From: Scyliorhinus canicula
Lineage: Eukaryota
Direction of reading: 5' to 3'
NCBI RefSeq assembly: GCF_902713615.1
Contig: NC_052171.1
Span: forward strand, 1,612,001 to 1,676,000
DNA length: 64,000 nt
A program made the position numbers and the translations under genes. Under the pieces are notes generated by a model that saw nothing but the letters and a program-made list of their open reading frames with translations, did no database searches and had not been told where the DNA came from. Positions 48,248 through 64,000 of this stretch are shown in pieces; the first letter of the stretch is position 1, and each line of letters opens with the position of its first letter.

Positions 48248-50070
48248 TTTTTTGAAAAATATTTTTATTCTCCATTTTCACATGTTCTTCAGAATTTACA
48301 CCCCACCAAGAAACAGTAAACGGTAACGAATACAATGTTAACCCCTCTACCAACAACAACGATCTCATCCGACCACCACCCCCAAACAACGGCCTGCCTG
48401 ACAATATAAGCATCAAATAAAACTAAACCTTCCAAGGAAGAAAAAGGAATCGCCCTGGTCACCGTTGACACATATCGTCCAACCCACCCCTAATATTCAA
48501 TGCCATCCAATTTCCAAAAGAGTACCGTGAATGGCACCCATGAATTGTAGTCACCCCCCCCCTCCACCCAAACTCCTCCCCTCCACTTCCTCTCGTAAAC
48601 TCCCCCCCCCAAACCCTCTTGTAAACTCCCCCCCCCCCCCCCCCCCCCCAACCTCAGTCCCTTCCCACAGCTTTTCACCCCGGCTAGACTAACCAAAATT
48701 TGTACTACCAGACTCCAATGGCTGCAGCCTCTCCCCCCACCTCACTCTCGTTCACTGGCCGGCTTATACCGGACAGCGTGGAGGCCCCTGCTCGGGTCAC
48801 CTTCCCTTTGCCCGGTCCCAGGAAAACCAAGAAATCCCCTTTTGTATGCAACCCCAGCATACACATCCAAGCCCCAAAGAACCATCATTGCAAATGAAAG
48901 TCCCAACTCTTCCAACCCTTGCCCAAATATACAGCATTGACTCATCTAGAACATGCACCAACACGCAGTGAAAAAATAAAGTTACATAAGGCTACATCGG
49001 TACACGACCCGCTCTCAGCCCCATCTCAATTCTGCCACAGTCCTTCTGCCTTTGCAAACTCCTCCGCCACTTCCAACCTCCCAAAATAAAAGTCCTTGGA
49101 TTTGTAGGTCACCCTCAACTTAGCTGGGTATACTATGCCGCAATGCACCTTGCTGATATACAGTGCCTTCTTCACCCGGCTGAAGGCAGCCCTCCTCCTC
49201 GCCAGCTCCACTGTAAAGTCCTGGTATATGTGTATACAAGCTCCAGTCCACTGCACCACCCGCTTCTGCTTTGCCCAGCACAGGACCTTCTCCTTCACGC
49301 TGTATCTACGGAAACATAGTTACTACTCTTGGCGGCTAACTCGCCTTTTGTATAGGCCTCCATGACCGATGAGCCCGATCCAGTTCGTATCGCGAGGGAT
49401 CGTCCCCCTCCCCCAATAGCTCTGCCAACAGTGTGACAAAATACTACCGTCAGCCTCGGGCCTTCCATCCCTTCGGGCAGACCCACGATCCTCAGATTCT
49501 GCCACCTGGATTGGTTTTCCAGGTCTTCCATTTTGGCTCGCAGACCCTTGTTGATTTCTATCACCTTCCGCATCTCCTTCCCCATCGAGGGGAGTTGATC
49601 ACTGTGCTGCGGTAATGCCTCTTCCACTTCCTTCAGTGTCTCACCTTGCTCTCGCAACTCGGCCGCTGCGCTTGATACCGCCACCCTCACCGGGGCAATC
49701 GCCTCCTCCACCAGCACTTTCAAAACCACCCCCATCTCCTTCATCACTTCCATGTGCTTTGTGAACTGTTTTTCAAGTTCCACAATCATCAATTTGGTCA
49801 TTTCTTCTGCTGTGAGTAATGCGGCCTTCCCTGGTGCTCCAGCCTCCGCTTTCCTTACATTTCCTGCGCTGACTTTTCCACTCACCTGCGAACTTTCATT
49901 AATCCCCTTTTTCACGGCTGTTTTTTCCCCCCCAAGCTTAGACATATCTCCCCCATGTGCCTTCTTACAGTTTTTTCAGCCTCCGTTGCCCCTGGGACTG
50001 GGCGTGAAAACCCCAAAATTTCTATTCCCGGGCAGGAGCCCTCAAGTGTGCAGCTGCCTCTCGCCCGCCG
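48248..50070 (-). mobile_element. L1-clade element with 5' UTR, frameshifted ORF1, 3' UTR and poly(A), lacking nearly all of ORF2 (HAL1-like)
   Basis: ORF1p coiled coil then LENQSRWQNLRIVGLPEG and IYQDFT...YPAKLRVT; poly(A) and AATAAA on minus strand near 48250-48270. Confidence 0.8.
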
Positions 50071-52859
50071 TCAAAAGCATGGCAATGAATTATCAAAATC
50101 AAATCAGGAACTCGCCTCCAAACCCTCGACCAGGTTCAGGGGAAAGCCCTGCACCCATCTGCCGAATCAGTCAGGATAAACACCATACAGCAGGATTTCA
50201 ATGACACGAAGACGAAACCTCACCATAGACAGTGCTCATTCTAATGCAAGAACCCTGATGCGCATCCACTGCTCTTCAAAAGGTATCCCGCAATCCTTTG
50301 AAGTGAGCTCCAACAACCTGCACCACAGAGCCGAGATTCTCACTGAGACAACACCTTCAATGGCGGCCATCATCCAGGTGCACTCTGGACTGCCGAGGCG
50401 AAAATCTGCTCAACAGCAACTGTGCCTCTACAAGCAGGGCCTCACCCCAATCGCCATGAACAAACAAGGATTTTAGCATTGTATCTTGGCTCTTCTTCGA
50501 ACAAAAACCTATCTGGAACTTCCAGGGACGTAAGTGCAAGCCATATAAGCCAAGAAAAGGAGTATGAAATGTGAATTAGGATGAAATGAAGGATGAAGAG
50601 ATGAGCAGAGCTGGAGCTTATGAAAACATAACATCGCGCCCATTCACATCACATGACCCCCCCCCCCCCCCCCCCGGTCATGACTGCATAATTAAAGACA
50701 ATGCCATTTTTCTGGGAAACTGAACTATATTTCAGACAGTGTAGATCACATGTTGGAAAAACTGAATCAATGAAAACTTAACTCAATATAAAAAATACAT
50801 TTGTTCTGAAGCTTTCCACTCATAAAAGCAATTGGAATACAGTGCTCCATAAAGTTGTCTTGTATCTGGTTAAGAATGGTACAGTAACTTTCTTAGTGAC
50901 AGGGAAGATCATGCCATACACCTGAGGGGTTCTAATGAGCCATTCAATACCACTTTTCTGGAACATAGATCAGCAAATAACCGAGTCATCCAAGAAGAAA
51001 CATCCAAGAAGAGTTATTAATTTAAAATACTTTGATGTTCCATGTAGCCGATTGTGGAAGAGAAATCCTGGTTCTCTTATTTCCTCTTAAACTGCATTTT
51101 GATTTTAAATACACCCATGTATTCATTTACATACTTTTACTCTATTTAGGACCAGTCATAATTTAGCAACTCATTAGGATACTTGTACAACTTCCCATCA
51201 TGAAAACTTCTGCATTTCTATTTTTAAACCGAGTTACTTTTACGTTTAATATAAGATATGCAATCACCCAATTACTCAACAACAAATGGAAAGTATTTAT
51301 TCATTCTTTCATGGGATGGGATGATGGATGACCATTTGTTGCCCATACAACCTACAAGGTTCCCTCTAATCCACACACCATCCGGACTTGGAATTATATC
51401 ACTTATCCTTCACTGTCAAGGGATCAAAAAATCTGGAATTCCCTGCCCAGCGGCTTTCTGGATGTACCTGCACCATCACCACTTCAAGGACAATTATGGT
51501 TGGGCAATCAAAACTGTCCTTGCCAGCAACCCCCACATCCCATTAAAAGATAGAGAAAGAAATTGTGCTCCGATGTGCTATGGCACTTAAGTGATGTGTT
51601 ATCAATCAGAATTTAATCTCAAATCACAGAGATTAATAGAAAATTGCGTTTTCAGAGGTGCTTAAAGGAGGAGAGAGAGCATTCGATCAGATTTTAGCAC
51701 CATGGCGTTTGAAGGCAGAGAATTGGTGGAGAGATTAAAATCAGTGATGTGCAAGATGCTAGAATAGGAAGTGCGCTAAGATCTGGGAAAGTTGTCAAAC
51801 AGGAGGGGGTTTATAAAAACAAGGCCATGGAAAGATTTGAAGACACAGGTGAGAATTTTAAAATTCAGATAATGTCAGTGTAAGTCAACAAACTCAGAAG
51901 TATAATAAACAGGAGAATAAGATCAAAAGGCTCCTCACTATTCAATGCTTTACAGTTCAATGCAATCATGGCTAATCTTCTGTCCGTGTGGAGTTTGCAC
52001 ATTCTCCCTGTGTTTACGTGGGTTTTGCCCCCGCAACCCGAAGAGGTGCAAGCTCTGTGGATTGGCCACCCTAAATTGCCCCTTAATTGAAAAAAAAAAT
52101 TGGGTACTCTTGAAAAAATTTTCTAAATCATGGCTGATCTTGAGCTTCAAATTCACTTTCTGTTCCGCTTCCCTGATCACTTGACTTCCTGAGAGGCCAA
52201 AACTCTTATCAGTCTCAGATTTAAATACAGTATCCACAACCTTCTGGGGTCGAGAATTCCAAAGATTCACAACTCTGAAAAAGTTTGTCTTGTACTGTAC
52301 TGTATTAAAGGTTCCACATAAACAACAGGCCCTGCATGGAAATATCGCCACCTGCAGGTTCCCTTTCCAAGCCACATGCCGATCCTGACTTGGAAGTATA
52401 TTCCTGTTCCTTCACTGTTGCTGGGTCGAAATCTGGGAGCACCCTTCGCCATGGATTGCAACGGATCAAAAAAAGCCCATTGCCACCACCTTCCCAGGAC
52501 CAATTAGGGATGAGCAATAAATGTTGGCCTCGCCCACGTCCCGAGAAGGAATGAACAGAAAAATCCCCCACTCCATTGCACAACTCTGCCACCATGATGG
52601 CAGCACAACCAGTTTTGGCCACTGAGAAAGTGAAAGAGAAAGTTCTGGCGTCCATTTGCGCCCCAATTTTCTATGTTTCTCTGATTAAGAGCAGGAGACA
52701 CGTGGTGGCCAAAAAGAAAAAGAAATGCTCACCACATCCGACTTCAGCTGGGGCTCCCCTCCTCCTCTCTGGACAAGACTGCAGCTGAGTCCCGGACCAG
52801 CAATCCTACTCAGATCGCTTAATTTCACCCTCCACAATGAAGTGGAGGCAGAATGACCC

Positions 52860-53223
52860 ATTAAAATTCCACCCTCCACAAATGGTGGGGACGGCGTCTA
52901 AAATGGCGGCCGGGCGAGCTCTTGTCATCAGGAGCAGGGCGACCATGCCGGTGGAACGAGAGAGACAGCCAATCTTGGTCTCGCAAATCCTCCTTCTTCA
53001 TCAGCGAGGCTGGGGAGAGAGAGACCGGGGTTAAAAATAGACTCACTGAACGGGCAGCGGCGACGGTTTGAGGAGCGCGGCTGGCCAGCGCCAACGACAG
53101 ACCCGTTGCCACGGAGACGGCTTGGCTCTCACCCGGAAGCGGAAGCTGCCACCACCACCACCAGGGGTCAGCTTCCTGCGCCATCCGCCCGCAAGGGGGG
53201 AAGCCGAGTGTGAGGCAGCTGTC
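52860..53223. promoter_or_regulatory. CpG-island promoter of SNRNP200: YY1-type AAAATGGCGGC (52900-52910), CCAAT, RFX X-box-like GTTGCCACGGAGAC (53105-53118), tandem ETS/GABP CCGGAAGCGGAAG (53133-53145)
   Basis: Motifs read directly upstream of the ATG; high CpG density. Confidence 0.7.
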
Positions 53224-63030
<9,807 letters not shown>

Positions 63031-63884
63031 TAAGAGTAACTTGCGGACAGCAAGTTAGACTGAAGTCATATTTTGCTTTTCATCAAGTGTTATTATGCAT
63101 ATGATAGCATAATAGTCCTGTTACTGAGCTCATTATCCAGAAGCCAGTTCAAATCTCACCAATTTGTGATTTGAATTCGGTTACTTAAATAAAGCAGAAT
63201 AAAAAATTCGTAAGCGTAAATGTCGTATCAAGCCTGCTACAGCAATAAAATCTCACCACACACAACTACAGAAACTGAAGAAAATGGATCACCATCAGCA
63301 CTGCAATCGTCATCTTGAGGGCAGTTGGATGAGCAATAAATGTGGATCTTGCTAGTGTTGCCTATATCCTGTGACTGACTGTCCATAGACTGTAGTTGTC
63401 ACAGAATCATGCAGCTGCAATGAGTTCAGCAGAATTAGTGGGACAGGGTACACTACCATACTGGAGCCTGTCTGTATTTTCTCTCTGTTTAAATTAATAG
63501 ACAGAATATCAAGTGTGCTCTCGTAAAATTGTGTCTGCATACTGGCCTGCTTTTCTTGTTTTCATTGTTTGTGGACAACCTAATAGCCCCGGTCTAAGAG
63601 ATAAGCAATGAAGGACATGAGCTGAGATAAAAGATGAAGAGAAATTGGACAGGCAGGCTGGGTGAGGCCAAAGTGGTATTCGATTATAAAAAAAACACAG
63701 TTCCTTGAATTGAGGGACTGGGGAACCAGTGGAAATCAGCCCGGTTGAGGTTAAAGATGACAATGTGGGCGTGGGACTAGATGTCGGCTGTGAAGCTTTG
63801 GTCAAGTGAGGTGAAACGTAATAGGCCAGTAATGAGTCATTGAGACAGTCTCTGCAAAAGCAAGTGACTGCTCTGTGTCTTTGT

Positions 63885-64000
63885 TCTTTTTTTTAAAATA
63901 TAATTTTTATTGGAATTTTTTACAGAAAATATAAAACGTAACGACAAACAATGAAATGCAACAAAATAACCCATAATAACTATATCACCTCCAGACCGTA
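63885..64000 (-). mobile_element. 3' tail of an antisense LINE (poly(A), AATAAA) running off the window end
   Basis: Poly-T followed by TTTATT on the plus strand, resembling L1 3' ends elsewhere in the window. Confidence 0.5.

Overview
Vertebrate genomic DNA, very probably a shark or other cartilaginous fish (inferred from abundant HE1/V-type tRNA-derived SINEs with CR1-type tails). It holds two + strand protein-coding genes. The first is a complete SLC20A1 (PiT-1 Na+/phosphate cotransporter): non-coding exon 1 at about 27760-28007, 10 coding exons 30769-41672, 672 aa. The second is the first 13 exons of SNRNP200 (Brr2 U5 snRNP helicase, 53224-62982, 557 codons, continuing beyond the window). 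The rest is mostly decayed CR1, L1, L2 and Penelope elements, SINEs, solo LTRs and TIR elements. The 1300-1500 aa ORFs at 23-28 kb are artefacts of a stop-free 23-bp minisatellite. Most interesting signals: (1) two overlapping uORFs at the start of SLC20A1 exon 2, one a strong-Kozak 25-codon uORF that appears to match the human leader in position and length (human sequence recalled from memory, needs checking), suggesting conserved translational control of PiT-1; (2) a 3.8-kb array of about 166 units ending about 100 bp upstream of the SLC20A1 TATA box, where nearly every unit carries the MTF-1 metal-response core TGCRCNC, preceded by a G-rich repeat carrying the same core on the opposite strand; (3) an ORF1-only, HAL1-like L1 derivative; (4) signs of a spliced divergent transcript from the SNRNP200 promoter.
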